This document shows, in pieces, positions 14,051 to 27,439 of a DNA stretch of 64,000 bases. This DNA comes from Octopus vulgaris (lineage: Eukaryota). Each line of letters begins with the position of its first letter. Position 1 is the stretch's first letter. Location: the NCBI GenBank assembly GCA_951406725.2, contig OX597831.1:81220001-81284000 (forward strand), in the 5' to 3' direction. The translations under genes were made by a program, and so were the position numbers. Below the pieces are notes generated by a model that saw only the letters and a list, made by a program, of their open reading frames with translations, had not been told where the DNA came from and ran no database searches.

Positions 14051-14378
14051 CCTCTTTCGGAGTTGTTATATATTCCTATTTTTATCCCGTACTATCCCAC
14101 TTTTAAAAAAAGCCATCCTCTTTTATTATAAACGATTTCACTCTTTGATTGTTTTAAACGTTTCTTTGTTTTTTTTTTCTTTTTGTCGCTCTATACAACG
14201 TTTCACTCGAGTTGGCTTTTTCCCACCAAACTTAGACGCTTACAATTAAAATGTCCAGAATGAAGTTTTAATAGTATTTTAATATCATTGCGTATTTCTG
14301 AAGGCCTCGCAATTTCTACTCATTTTCCTCCCATTTTACATTGTTTTATTTCACTTTGTCTTGCACGCTATAGCTAGG

Positions 14379-14413
<35 letters not shown>

Positions 14414-14417
<4 letters not shown>

Positions 14418-14597
14418 AGAGTTTACGAAAAAAAAAAAAGACGAGGACAGGTGGTGTACAAAACAAACAGATGTATTAGTATAACACTCAGGAATAGAAA
14501 AAGTCTTTTACGTTTCGAGCCTACGCTCTTCTACAGAAAAGGACACGGAAAAAAAACAAGTAGAGAAAATATTGTGGGTAGTGGCAAACGATCTATC

Positions 14598-14600
<3 letters not shown>
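14414..14600 (-). mobile_element. Family-A repeat with hammerhead-like motif at 14503-14541 (core CUGUAGA)
   Basis: Near-identical to the 728-766 motif; flanked by (TA)n on both sides. Confidence 0.65.
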
Positions 14601-14658
<58 letters not shown>

Positions 14659-14722
14659 CATAAAATTAACAGAATGAGAAAAAATCCAAGGCTGTAAATG
14701 ATTTAAGAACATTTATAAAGAG

Positions 14723-14770
14723 GTCTTACAGCTGTTTCCGGGATACTTTATATATCCCTTCATCGGAGAC
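14723..14770 (-). ncRNA. Minimal type-I hammerhead-like motif (core CCGAUGA)
   Basis: gtct-CCGATGA-a gggata tataaag tatccc g-GAAAC agct GTA-agac; all three stems pair, stem III palindromic ACAGCTGT. Confidence 0.7.
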
Positions 14771-14817
14771 GGTGTGAGAAAATGGTTAAGCAATAGTTAT
14801 TCTAGAGAAGATATGAA

Positions 14818-14849
<32 letters not shown>

Positions 14850-14993
14850 AATATTAGGAAATTATACATGTAAACCTTTCCAGTACACGTAAACAATTTC
14901 AATTATTTTACTATTTACAACTTTTAATTCATCCATATTACTTTCGTTTATCGTTGCATACAACTTGCTTCTCTCCGATTTTTCTTGCTTGAT

Positions 14994-15139
14994 GTGTGGT
15001 AAGTAGCTTGCTTACCAACCACTGGTTCCGGGTTCAGTCCCACTGCGTGGCACCTTGGGCAAGTGTCCTCTACTATAGCCTCTGGGCGACCAAAGCCTTG
15101 TGAGTGGATTTGATAGACAAAAACTGAAAGAAGTCCACC

Positions 15140-15234
<95 letters not shown>

Positions 15235-15437
15235 TATGCTTGGGTGTATGTGTTTGTTCCCCCCCAAATCGCCTGGCAACGGATGGTGGTGTGTTTACGT
15301 CCCCGTAACTTAGTGATTCGGCAAAAGAGACCGATAGAATAAGTACTAGGCTTACAAAGAATAAGTCCTGGGGTCGATTTGCTCGACCAGAAGCGGTGCT
15401 CCAGCATGGCCGCAGTCAAATGACTGAAACACAAAAG
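14994..15437 (+). mobile_element. Bipartite SINE family B
   Basis: tRNA-like head, (TA)n(TG)n spacer 15141-15250, tail ending ggtgctccagcatggccgcagtcaaatgactgaaac. Confidence 0.85.
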
Positions 15438-15959
15438 TATATATATTATATATGTATGTGTGTGTGTGTGTGTGTATATCAAATTAATGCAAACAGCAAA
15501 TTGCAATGTTTCACCAAAAAGGAGAATTACAAATGTCAGTAAATGTGACTAAGCTGTTGGGAAACACCTACATTGCTAGAAATAAGAGCTGAAATGCTCT
15601 AATGCTGTAATTAACGCACATGAATGAAAACTGTTGCCCTCATCTGCATTTTCTGCCGATCGGTAGGCTCCCCCGGAACTCTTCACAAGAAGGAAATCCA
15701 GCTTTGTTTGGAAGATACATAAATCCATACCATGTAAGTCACCTAGGCTCTTTCGGAGGGTACTGAAGAGCTTTGGAGACCTTGAAACGCTGGCTCTTAC
15801 AGTATCTGGTCCTGTCTTTTGATGTTAGATCTTTGGCACTATGCAGTGACATCCCATTCTGCTGTTTGTGTAAATTTCCACGCCAAAGTTTGGTACAAGT
15901 CTTTCCAGGGTTTTCCTGATGAATATCAATGCACATCTATCTCGACTTCGTTCTAGGGA

Positions 15960-16029
<70 letters not shown>

Positions 16030-16066
16030 CTGTAAATGTAATATGTGACAATTATTCGGTAGCCAT

Positions 16067-16127
16067 GATAAAACTCCGAGTTTCGGATGCCGAGGTGGAA
16101 ATCCACGCCGCCATCTCTTAAGTTATC
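16067..16127 (-). ncRNA. Hammerhead-like motif (core CUUAAGA)
   Basis: gataa-CTTAAGA-gatggcg gc gtgga tt tccac ct cggcatc-c-GAAAC tcgga GTT-ttatc; stem I gataa/ttatc. Confidence 0.55.
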
Positions 16128-16259
16128 CGGCCATCGGAAAAAATGCTATGAAAAATGACCGTTAAACAAAGGGAAATAACTGTGTGATTGACAAAAGAGC
16201 TATTTGAATGACCGCTAAGTAAGGGGAGGAAGTAAAGTAGGGGGGTAAAAAGGTCATAT

Positions 16260-16620
16260 ATATATATATATATATATACATGGGTAAAGACGCCCTTCGG
16301 GCATTCGGTCGTGAATGACCATAGTTTGAACCTAGAAAGTTCCCCTCCGAGGCACAAGTCTGGGGAAAGTTGTTTGTGGAAGACCTGCAGTCGCTCATGC
16401 ACACCAGTCTCCGCCTTCCACGCCACAGATGGAAGGCAAAAGCTGATACAGTTTGGTACCAGTGAGGTGTCAGCTCATTCCGACAGCTGAGTGAACTGGA
16501 GGAACGTGAAATAAAGTGTCTTGCTCAGAAAGCACAACACACAGTCCGGTCTGGGAATCAAACTCATTACCTCATGATTGCGAGCCCGACGCTCTAACCA
16601 GCGAGATATGCGCCTTCATA
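16260..16620 (-). mobile_element. tRNA-derived SINE
   Basis: Head gaaggcgcata..ctggttagagcgtcgggctcgcaatcatgaggtaatgagtttgattccc on minus strand; related to 1790-2085. Confidence 0.7.
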
Positions 16621-16643
16621 ACCACTGCGGCATGCGCTCTTAT

Positions 16644-16683
<40 letters not shown>

Positions 16684-16684
<1 letters not shown>

Positions 16685-17082
16685 TCATTCATCATCATTG
16701 TTCGACCGTGGTCGAGACAATGGGATTTTCCATGCTACGCCAAACTTCACGGTCCATCATGGCATTACGGAGGTCCTGTTGCTGGGTGCCTGTATCCCTG
16801 GAGATTACATCAGGATAGGAGAGTGTGCGCCCTCTGGTATCGCGAGCAGATGGCTTCCAGAGGAGAAGAGTAGAAATTGCCTCTTTTTCAGCTCTACAAC
16901 CAATGTCCAGCAAACTGGACTCTTCTACCTTTCACAAGAGAAGACACAGGTGGTAGTTTCCCATATATTTGTACTTTGGTTGGATGACGCTTCCACAAGA
17001 GATGTTGAGCTCTCATAAGGAGGTGAGTGTAGATTCCATCCAACCGCCTCTCAAGCTTCTTTGATAACGCCCAGGTTTCTGG
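16684..17082 (-). mobile_element. 3' fragment of an RTE-type LINE
   Basis: ETWALSKKLERRLDGIYTHLL...RRVQFAGHW...LLLWKP...MMDREVWR followed by a (tga)n tail. Confidence 0.85.
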
Positions 17083-17859
17083 ACACACACACACGCGCGC
17101 GCGCACACAGGTATTTTCATAAATATGTGCACATGCGAGTCCGAATGTCCGTGCATGAATATGCATGTTTATGCATGTGTGAATGTGCGTCTATGCCTAT
17201 GTGCGATTATGTCTGTATAGAAAGTTAATCCTTTTCTAATCCACTTTATAAATTTGATTTAAAGTATTAAGAATGCCATATATATCCGTTTGTCTTAATT
17301 ATACATTTATATATACATATGTGTGTGTGTACACATACACACACATGTGTGTGCATACAAATCTATCTATCTATATGTATATATAAAAGTATATCTATGT
17401 GCACATATATATATAATATTTGTGTGTGTATGCACGTATATGCATATACACACACACAGACACACACATATATATATATATGCACACACACATACATGTA
17501 TATATATATATATATACATATGTGTGTGTGTGCGTGTCTGAAACAGTTAATCAAATACACTTGTGCACACATGCTGTATGTGTGTATTCGTGTTGGAATG
17601 TCACCACATCTGCTGAGCTAAATGCAATAAGAAACAAGTTATATTTACAGAAAGTCTATCGTTTAAAATAACAAAGAGCTGGAAAAAAAGTAGACGTGAA
17701 ATAGATTTACACCCGGTCGCCTACCCGGCCCCTCACCCAAATCGCCCACCCGACTGCCCGGCCACAAGGTGTCCAGCAAGGTGATCTCTAGCACGTGTAT
17801 TAAATACCGCACCAATTAATTGGTACTTGTTACTTCTAGAGGTTTCTTATATATGCATG

Positions 17860-17896
<37 letters not shown>

Positions 17897-18035
17897 TCAC
17901 TCCTTCACAAAGACCTCATACATACAGACAAGCTCATAAGCTTGGACGAGCAAAATCGACATAGAAGTGTATGAGTGCTCGGCGGAACCGTGTGTGTGTA
18001 TATACATATATGTATATATATATATATATATATAT

Positions 18036-18091
<56 letters not shown>

Positions 18092-18423
18092 ATGGGGGAG
18101 GATGAAGAGTGAGTGAGTGAAAAGGTGAGAAAATCGGCAACCAAATCGGTCACTCTCAATGTTCTTCGTTTCAGAGAAAGCTGGAAGGAAAATTTAAGGA
18201 GCCTGGTTCAAACCCGGCCTTCGGCATAAGGCTGGCTGGTCTGCGTTCGTTGTAGGCGCAGGCACGGATGTGTAGTTTAGAAGGTCCGTTGCATCCGCGT
18301 GGATTCGCGATCAGTCCCAAGGCGTGGCACTTTGGGTAAGAGCTTTCTGCTATAGTTCCTGGCAATGAATCTGGCAGACGGAAACTGTGTGGAAGTCCGT
18401 CGTATGTGGATGTATACATGTAT

Positions 18424-18730
18424 AGGCGTAGGAGTGACTGTGAGGTAAGTAGTTTGCTTAACAACCACGTGGTTCCGGGTTCAATCTCACTGCGTGGCAG
18501 CTTGGGCAAATGTCTTCTACTCTAGCCTCGGGTCGAACAAAGCCTTGTGAGTGGATTTGGTAGACCCAAACTGAAAGAAACCCGTCATGTATATAGATAT
18601 GTGTGTGTATGTATGTGTGTGTCTGTGTTTGCACTCCCAACATCGCTTGTCAACCGATGCTGGTGTGTTTACGTCCCCGTAACTAGCGGTTCGGCATAAG
18701 AGACCGATAAAATAAGTACTAGGCTTACAA
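18424..18730 (+). mobile_element. Bipartite SINE family B (3'-truncated)
   Basis: Same head and tail as 14994-15437. Confidence 0.8.
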
Positions 18731-18768
18731 ACAATAAACAAAGGATAAACACACACACACACACACAG

Positions 18769-18808
<40 letters not shown>

Positions 18809-19138
18809 ACACACACACACTCACTCATTCACTCACTCACTCTCTTACACACACTCATATATATGTGCGCAAACACGCACACACATAAACACACTCATGA
18901 AGGCGAGTGTGTGTGAGTATGTGTGCGTGAATAAAAACGAAATATTCAACCGCGTTCACCAAGATAGTAAGACATTTATACATCTCTCTCTGTCTCTCTC
19001 CATCGCTCTTTCTCTATCCATCGCTCACTCTCTCTCTCTCTACACTCTCTGTCTTTCTCCCGCTCTCCCTCATTTTGTCACCAACTCATACAACTGTACA
19101 TATAAAGACACATGCCCACTCTGACATACATCACATAA

Positions 19139-19170
<32 letters not shown>

Positions 19171-19317
19171 ATCCCAGGTTACGCACAGGCATACACTTTC
19201 TCCTCTGTATTTACTTAAGAGAATCATTTTCCTTTAAACGGCACACGCCTGTTGGAAAGAAAACAGAAAAGAAACAAAGACTGTTTGAGAAGGAGAGAAG
19301 GAGAGAAAAGGAGAACG

Positions 19318-19356
<39 letters not shown>

Positions 19357-19502
19357 AGAGAGAAACATGGAGTATCAAGTAGAAGAATGATAAAGGAAGT
19401 TTTTAAAGTATTTACGAAAAAAACATTGATTTAGGAGAACGTAAGGTGAGCCAGCGAGATCCGTACGAAGATACATGTATACAGACATACTGACATGAGC
19501 TT

Positions 19503-19568
<66 letters not shown>

Positions 19569-19671
19569 ACACACATATATATATATACAAACATATACAT
19601 ACGTATGTACATTATATATATATATGTATATATATATGTGTGTATGTGTGTGTGTGTGTGTGTGTGTGTAC

Positions 19672-19855
19672 ATGGCGTGGCTGTGTGGTAAGATACTCGC
19701 TTCCCAACCACATGGTTCCGAGTTCAGATTCACTGCGTGGCACCTTGGGCAAGTGTCTTCCATTATAGCTTCGGGCCGACTAAAGCATTGTGAATGGATT
19801 TGGCACACGGAAACTGAGAAGGAATCCGACGTATATAAATACATACATACATACA

Positions 19856-19887
<32 letters not shown>

Positions 19888-20525
19888 ATATCGTGTCTTT
19901 GTGTCTGAGTTTGTCCCCACCATCCGCCGTTTGACAACCGGCGTTGGCTTCTTTACGTCCCCGTAACCTAGCGATTCGGCAAAATGAGAACGATACAATA
20001 AGTACCTCACATAAAAACGAACATGGGTCGAACTGTTCGATTAAACCTGTCAAGGCGGTGGTCCAGCGTAGCTGCAGACCAGTGACTGAAGCAAGTAAAA
20101 TATAAAAGACACACACACACACATTTTCTATCAAGGGTTTTTGGTTGATTAACGAACCGGACAACCAGTGAATATGAATACTTACATAAATACATACATG
20201 CATACATGTGTGTGTGTATATATATATGCACACACATTTATATATATATATTGGTGACGGAAACTGGAAGAAGCCCGTTGCATATATATATACATGTGTG
20301 TGTGTATATATTTGTGTGTCTGTATTTATCCCCTCCCCCAACAACATCCGATGCTGGTGCGTTTGCGTCCCTGTAAACTAGCGGGTCAGCAAATGAGCCC
20401 GATAGAATAAATACCAGGCTTACAAAACATAAGTTCTGGGGTTGATTTGCTCGACTAAAGGCGGTGCTCCAGCATGGCCGCAGTCAAAATGTCTGGAACA
20501 AGAAAAAGAATTAAAAGAATAAAAT
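19672..20525 (+). mobile_element. Two tandem SINE family B copies
   Basis: Full copy 19672-20108 and partial copy 20253-20525, both with internal microsatellite. Confidence 0.8.
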
Positions 20526-20531
20526 GATATA

Positions 20532-20611
<80 letters not shown>

Positions 20612-20810
20612 TTTCTACAATCTTTCTGTAGCAGAAAGCATTGGCTCGAAACATCAAAGACATTTCAATCTTTCCTGAGTGTCAAATTAATGCACCTTGT
20701 TTGTTTTTCTCACACCTATCTCAGTCTATTTTTGTACTATTTTGAACTCTGTGTGTGTGAATGTTTGTGTGTGTATATATATAGTAAGTGTAGATCGTAT
20801 AAGAGTGGGT

Positions 20811-21222
20811 ATATATTTATAAAAAAGAAGTTTGAAAACGCCACTATATAAGATAAATTTTAATTTTCTTAGAAATTTTACATGTTTCGGTTCTTCTTGA
20901 AAAAAACGAACCTTATAAAAAATATTTTAAAAAGTTAAGTGTAATAAAAAGTTCATAATTGTTTCTTACTGGTCTCAACAGAATCCACTTTGTTGTTTTT
21001 AGCTGTCTTATGTTTCCGAATGACACATTTTCAGCCACTGGTCATTCGGACACTGTTGAGACCAGTAAGAAACAATTATGAACTTTTTTATTACACTTAA
21101 CTTTTTTAAATATTTTGATAAGGTTCGTTTTTTCAAGAAGAACCGAAACATGTAAAATTTCTAAGAAAATTAAAATTCATCTTATATAGTGGCATTTTCA
21201 AACTTCTTTTTTATAAATATAT
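20811..21222. repeat. Long foldback (inverted repeat), probably inverted Penelope-type pLTR fragments
   Basis: Arms ~20811-20981 and ~21053-21222 are reverse complements with few mismatches; inner 10-bp stem tccgaatgac/gtcattcgga. Confidence 0.9.
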
Positions 21223-21261
21223 GTATGTATACATATATGTATGTATATGTATAAGTATACG

Positions 21262-21325
<64 letters not shown>

Positions 21326-21353
21326 CAGACACACAATACATATACAGATATAT

Positions 21354-21411
<58 letters not shown>

Positions 21412-21797
21412 ACCTATATATATATGTGTGTGTGGTGTGCTGTAACATTACGAACAGCCTACTCTTCAGAAGACTTCATGCCAGGTAAAACCATCAACTC
21501 TTCTACAAAGAAAAAATAGTTTCATTATATGCTCATAGACACAAAGAATGAGCGGATGAAGTAAAGTTGATTATGTAACCAGCATGGATCATGAAACAAC
21601 TATCCACTAATGGATTAAACCTTTGTTCTCTCACTTGACTTCTCTTATTTGGTCAATATTTATCCATTGCGATTCTTGGATTTTCATAACGACGCTCAAG
21701 ATACATCCTAGCCTTAACTACGGGCTTTCTTGATAGCCATGCTCCGGGTGGAGAGCTTACTGTGCGTTTTACTTGATGCTTTGAATCCCTATTTTTG

Positions 21798-21861
<64 letters not shown>

Positions 21862-21865
21862 ATAC

Positions 21866-21930
<65 letters not shown>

Positions 21931-21959
21931 TTATATGTATGTGTATGTACGCAAGTATG

Positions 21960-21997
<38 letters not shown>

Positions 21998-22631
21998 CAC
22001 ACATTCCTATGTGTACACACTCATTAGTGTGAATGTCAATTAACTTTAACAAACGGGTCACTGATTTACTTTAAGTTGTTCGCACCATGTTTCTCCCTCT
22101 TAGTCTCTTAATCTCTCTCTCTGTCACTACTTCACCCCCCCTCACACTACTCCCTCTTTTATCCTTCTCCCTCTACATAATCCACGCTGTTTCCCCCTCT
22201 CTATCTCGTCCGATTTCTTCCATTCTCCCTGTTGTAATGGTTTAATGAAAACGGTCAGTCACTCAGCTTAAAGTCTTTTTTATTTCACTCTCGAAAATTG
22301 AGATTTAAATGTTTAAAAGAACATTTTTTTTTTTAAAAGCAAAATGAAAATGAAAAAATAACAAAACGGAAAATAAATTGAATAAATTAAAAAGCCAACA
22401 ACAAAAAGGGAAACATCACCATCACCACCCCCACACCACTAACAACAGCAACAACAACAGCAATGACGAAGACGAGGTGGACGACGAACGGAAAACACGA
22501 AGGACAAGGTGTAGACTGTGTTTAATCAACTCTGGAGCGAGTTTCGACCGGAAGTACGAAGGTACTAATGAAGTATTTCGCAAATAATGAAGCGATTCTG
22601 ACAGGAAATGGTATCACTGTGTGTGTGTGTA

Positions 22632-22689
<58 letters not shown>

Positions 22690-22989
22690 TATGGAGGGTG
22701 TGATTAATGTGTTGGTTGTGAAGAAGGAACATTGTGTGATGAGAATGAGTCCAGTTTTAAGGCCAAGATGTATGTGTGACTTCGACAGCAACAAGTTATT
22801 GGCAGTCAAATACGATGCAATAAAGGTGATGAGGAAAAAGATAGAGTAGAAGACATTCTCTAGATTTGTTGGGCTCAGGTGACGGGGAAATGATTCAGTA
22901 TAAACGGTTTCTTTGATGGACGGATTCGAAAACAATTGCATTTACAGAAAAGTAGAGAAAGAAATAGTTATAACAATACGATGTATATA

Positions 22990-23074
<85 letters not shown>

Positions 23075-23137
23075 ACAAAGTGTACGTACGCCGCTATATA
23101 TATGTATATATGCGTGTATGAGTATATATGCATGTGA

Positions 23138-23168
<31 letters not shown>

Positions 23169-24619
23169 CGCATATATATATATTTCTGTGTATATGTGTA
23201 TATGGAAGCTATTCATGTCAGTTCGGTTAATCCCGCTGTGCCTTCGAGTTCTAATAAGCCTTTTTTATTCTCTTAATTAAAACCTTCAGTTCCAGAAAGA
23301 CCCACAGCCATACATTGACTTATCAGTCAGCACCGCGATGCGGTTTCGTTTCTCAGTCTGGAAAGGGAATGATTTTTTTTGTCAATTGTTATATTTGGTG
23401 GAGTAGTGGACAATGTGGTCAGTGTTGGTATCGGTGGTAGAGATAGTGCTGGTGGTGAGGTGTTGGCATTGGAGTTGATGATGATGATGTGTAGGTGATG
23501 GTTGCAACGGGGTAGCCCTTTGTGTTGGTGCTGGTGGTGGTGATTGTAGTAGACAATAGGGTAATAGAGATGGTGAGGGTGGGGTTATGGCGGTGGTGGA
23601 CGTGATCCCTGAATTTACGCCTTTTTACATTCCCAGTTCGAATCCTGTAAAGATTAACTTTGTGCTTTAAGCCTTGAGGGGTCAACATAATAGAAAGTTC
23701 CAGGGCATATTCTGGATCGATATAATCAAACAGTATGAGACGCGGTGCTTATTTAGAAATTGATAGGGCTAGCGTCTCTTCGGAAGACATGAAAGCCACA
23801 ACATCTCGTCTTCTTTCTCACCTTCCATGTTTTAGTATTGATTCATATTTAAATTAAAAAAACCTTTTAGTTGTCTTCTCTTGTTTCAGGCGACGACAAA
23901 AGCAGCGGGAGTGACGGGTGGGGGAGTCATCGTTGTTGTCATCACCGGTTGTTCTTTCTAATGTTTTTGTTTTTGTTGTTGTTGTTTTTATTACCTCGGT
24001 CATAACATGCAGCCTATGTTACGGATCACATAACAGATAATGTATCGTTAATAAGAACGGTTAAGTTAGTCCCCCGCCCCCACCCTCCGGTCTCATGGGG
24101 TGCGATAGTAGGGTGGGTTGAAAGTAGAGTGGTGCTGAGACTGCAGCTAGGGTGGATGTGTAAGCAGGGGGATAAGAAGGTAGGTAGGAGATTAGAGCGG
24201 AGAGTGTTGGCGGGGTAGATTGGAGGCGTGAAAGACGAGATGGAAGGTGCGTTGATGGACGTGCGTCTGCTCGTGTATGAGTATATATGCATGTGAGTGT
24301 ATATATATATATATATATATATATGTACATGTGCGTATGTATGTATGTATATATGTGTAAGTGTGTAGACATAATGTCTTTGGTCAAGTGGTCAGTGTTA
24401 AAGGCAGCGAAAATGTTTATGAAAGCCACATCAAGCCACACCACCCTGAACCTATACTCCAAGGTCACCCTATCAGTCAAATAAACTGCCAATTATCATA
24501 TTAGCCTTCATTATTAACAGCCCTAATTCCCCCGCCTCTTCTCATCACCACCCTCACACCCTCCTCATCCAGATTTAGTTCCTTTATCACGCCATCTTCT
24601 TGACAATGCAATGATAATA

Positions 24620-25470
24620 ATAATAATAATAATAATAATCTTTTCTTTATTGGTCACACGGGCCGAACCCAGAACAAATAGGGACAATATGACAAGAGGG
24701 TCAAGTGGGGTTAAGCACAATATTTGTGTACAGAATAAACAACAATAACAATTAACAAAATTAAACCATAAATTTCCCCCAAAATAGGCAGAGTTCTTCT
24801 CAGAGCCAACCAAGGAATCCCACACAACCCCGACCGCCAAGGGCACCTCACTCCCTCTCGATTCTTCCGGCCTATAAGCGCATGTTCAGAGTAGGACCAT
24901 TCACACAGGCCATACTCGTCATATTCACCCACCTTTCAACAAAAATACTGTGAGGCAGCACTTCTCTCTCTCTCCGCCTTCATTTTCCTTTTCAAGCGGA
25001 TCTTAAAAAAGCCGATGAGGGCTTGGCCGAAGAGGAAAGTATCTGTCTTTAGAATTTTCAACCTCATCCACCACACTCATTCCCCATAGCCATTAGGCAG
25101 AGAAAAGATGCCTTTCCTTCCCAGTCAAAAGAAGGTAGCGGGGCAATCTTCACGATGGGTTCGGCTGATACCCGTATCCGTCCTACGCGCATCAGCAGCT
25201 GTCCGATAAAGGTATACAAGTCAGCAATGCTCGGGGATTGGACAAGTGCATGCAGAACGGTTTCATCACCCTGCGCACATCTTGGTGTAGAGCTTGTCTC
25301 GATCCGGCAGAGCTCCCAGGCAGCACTGCCAGGCCAGGTATTTCTGAAAATTATATATGGGCCCTTGCCCAAAAGACCCCGAAAAAGACCAGCTAGTTGA
25401 TCCCTCCCGAAGTCTAGAGTCTCCTAGAGCACGTCGTCTTTCTAGCCCGCCATAATCCCCTATAGAACTG
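24620..25470 (-). mobile_element. Second, diverged Tx1-like LINE 3' end
   Basis: FQKYLAWQCCLGALPDRDKLY and PRCAQGDETVLHALVQ...GRIRVSAEPIVKIAPLPSFDWEGKA parallel the 10781 ORF; aataaagaaaa followed by an (att)n tail. Confidence 0.85.
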
Positions 25471-25962
25471 CAATGTGGAACTTCCAACGACCGCAATGAT
25501 ATATTGTTTATTAACCGCAAAGGGTTCATAAAAACAATGGTGACGATGCAATATGGAGTTAATAATTTCTGATTTAGGAAGGTTTGGATGATGGGGTGAG
25601 TCGCTTCGACCGAACCAGTAACTGACCGGTACCGGATTTATTGACCCCAAAAGGATGAAAGCTGACTTGGAGCGAATTTCAACTGATTCCGCCTTTCCAC
25701 GATAATAGTCTCTATTGTAGGTGTAATTCCAGCCATTTTGATAACATCAAGAGAGAATAGTTAAAATGGAGGGATGGGCGGGGAGAGAGCACAAAATGAT
25801 TCGAAACAACGACCCAAACAACACACAGCCTGACATCATTCTGGACCCATAAAACAAATTACATCTCCCAGATCGCGCCATCTACAACCACATGATGGAA
25901 GTTCATTGAGCTATTTTCACCGTTCCCATTCACAGTTCGTAAACTTTACTGGAGGGTTCTAC

Positions 25963-26023
<61 letters not shown>

Positions 26024-27439
26024 ACCTCATCTGGTTCGAAAAAGATGAAAGTTTAACCGAGGTGGGGGGGGGGGGGCTGTGGTAAAGCTCCGTCCAGAAA
26101 ACTCTCAACCGCACTCATCCCACACACCTTCTTTCATCACGGCCACCAGACAGGAAAACCATTTCCCACTCTTGTTTGGTAGAAGACAAAAGCTCGATCT
26201 CCATGTTAGACTCTGCAGACAGTTGGATCCATTCCACATGTAACTCTTTTTCTCTTTTGTCTGTTTCAACCTGCGAGTTGTGGCCATGCTGCAGCACTGT
26301 TTGAACCACTGTTCAGCATAAACCCTCAAACCAACAATTCATGGACATTGAATGAATGTGTGTGGATGGTTTCATCACATTTTACATAGGGTCGCTTGCT
26401 AGTGGTTCCAGTATGGCCATCCCTTTAGAGTTTAACCCGAATATGTAGGCCTTCCTCCCCTGTAGCACTGTCGAGCCAAGGAATTTTGGAAATTCTCCTC
26501 AATTTCATGAGCTGAAAGTTTCTTCAGAAGGAATCCTTAAGACAGTGTCACCGATGGCTAAAATCACTCGAAGACCATAATCGCCCAACTGGGATCAAGG
26601 TAGATCTCTGGGTCAGACCGCGTGGTTCGGTGGATTATTAAATAGGATTACTGGATTAAGGCTATCCTAGGGTTAAGCAACAATACCACCTTCACCACAC
26701 ACTAGAAACAAACCACTACCATTACTGCCACCGCTACTACCGCCACTACTACCATACTTGCTAAGACAGTCAGCACAACGCTGCTGCTACTCCCCCACGT
26801 CCATTATGACAAACAGCACCACCATCACTACCACCGTCACTACCACACAACCATAACCACCACTACCATCACATTAACAATGAATAATACATACCTCTTC
26901 TTGTCACTCAAATACGCCGACACCACTCCGCCATCACAGACACCACCCCCCACCATCATATCCATCATCATCAATATCAATATCAACAGCATCATTATCA
27001 TCTCCATTAACAAACCCCCACCGCTCACTCATCGCCCACCACCACCACAAACACCCCTCCACCACCACAAACACCCCTCCACCACATCACCCGCCTTCTA
27101 ATAAATGCGGAATTTATGAAAGGGGTGTCGATGTTTGCAAGGAGACAAAACGGCGTCTTGTGTCCATTTCACAGCCACCCGTAACTTTGGCCACCCCGCC
27201 CATCCGTTTCCGTCACTGACCATTAACACTTCATTACCACACTATCCTCCTCCTCACCACCATCACCACCCCCACTACCCCCACTACCCCACCACCAACA
27301 CCAAAACAATAACAATAACAACACTACGACCACGACCACTGGTCGCTGACCATTGACTACTAGCGCCTCACCACCACCGCCGCCACCGCCACTACCGCCA
27401 CACAAAGATATCGCACACGTCAACATGATATCTAGTATG

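Noticed and set aside
14030-14052. cagatga-atcc ctat ggat at the end of the Penelope remnant as a ribozyme
   Set aside because: GAAA strand and stem III are missing; too decayed to call. The same applies to partial motifs near 15764, 21445 and 58715
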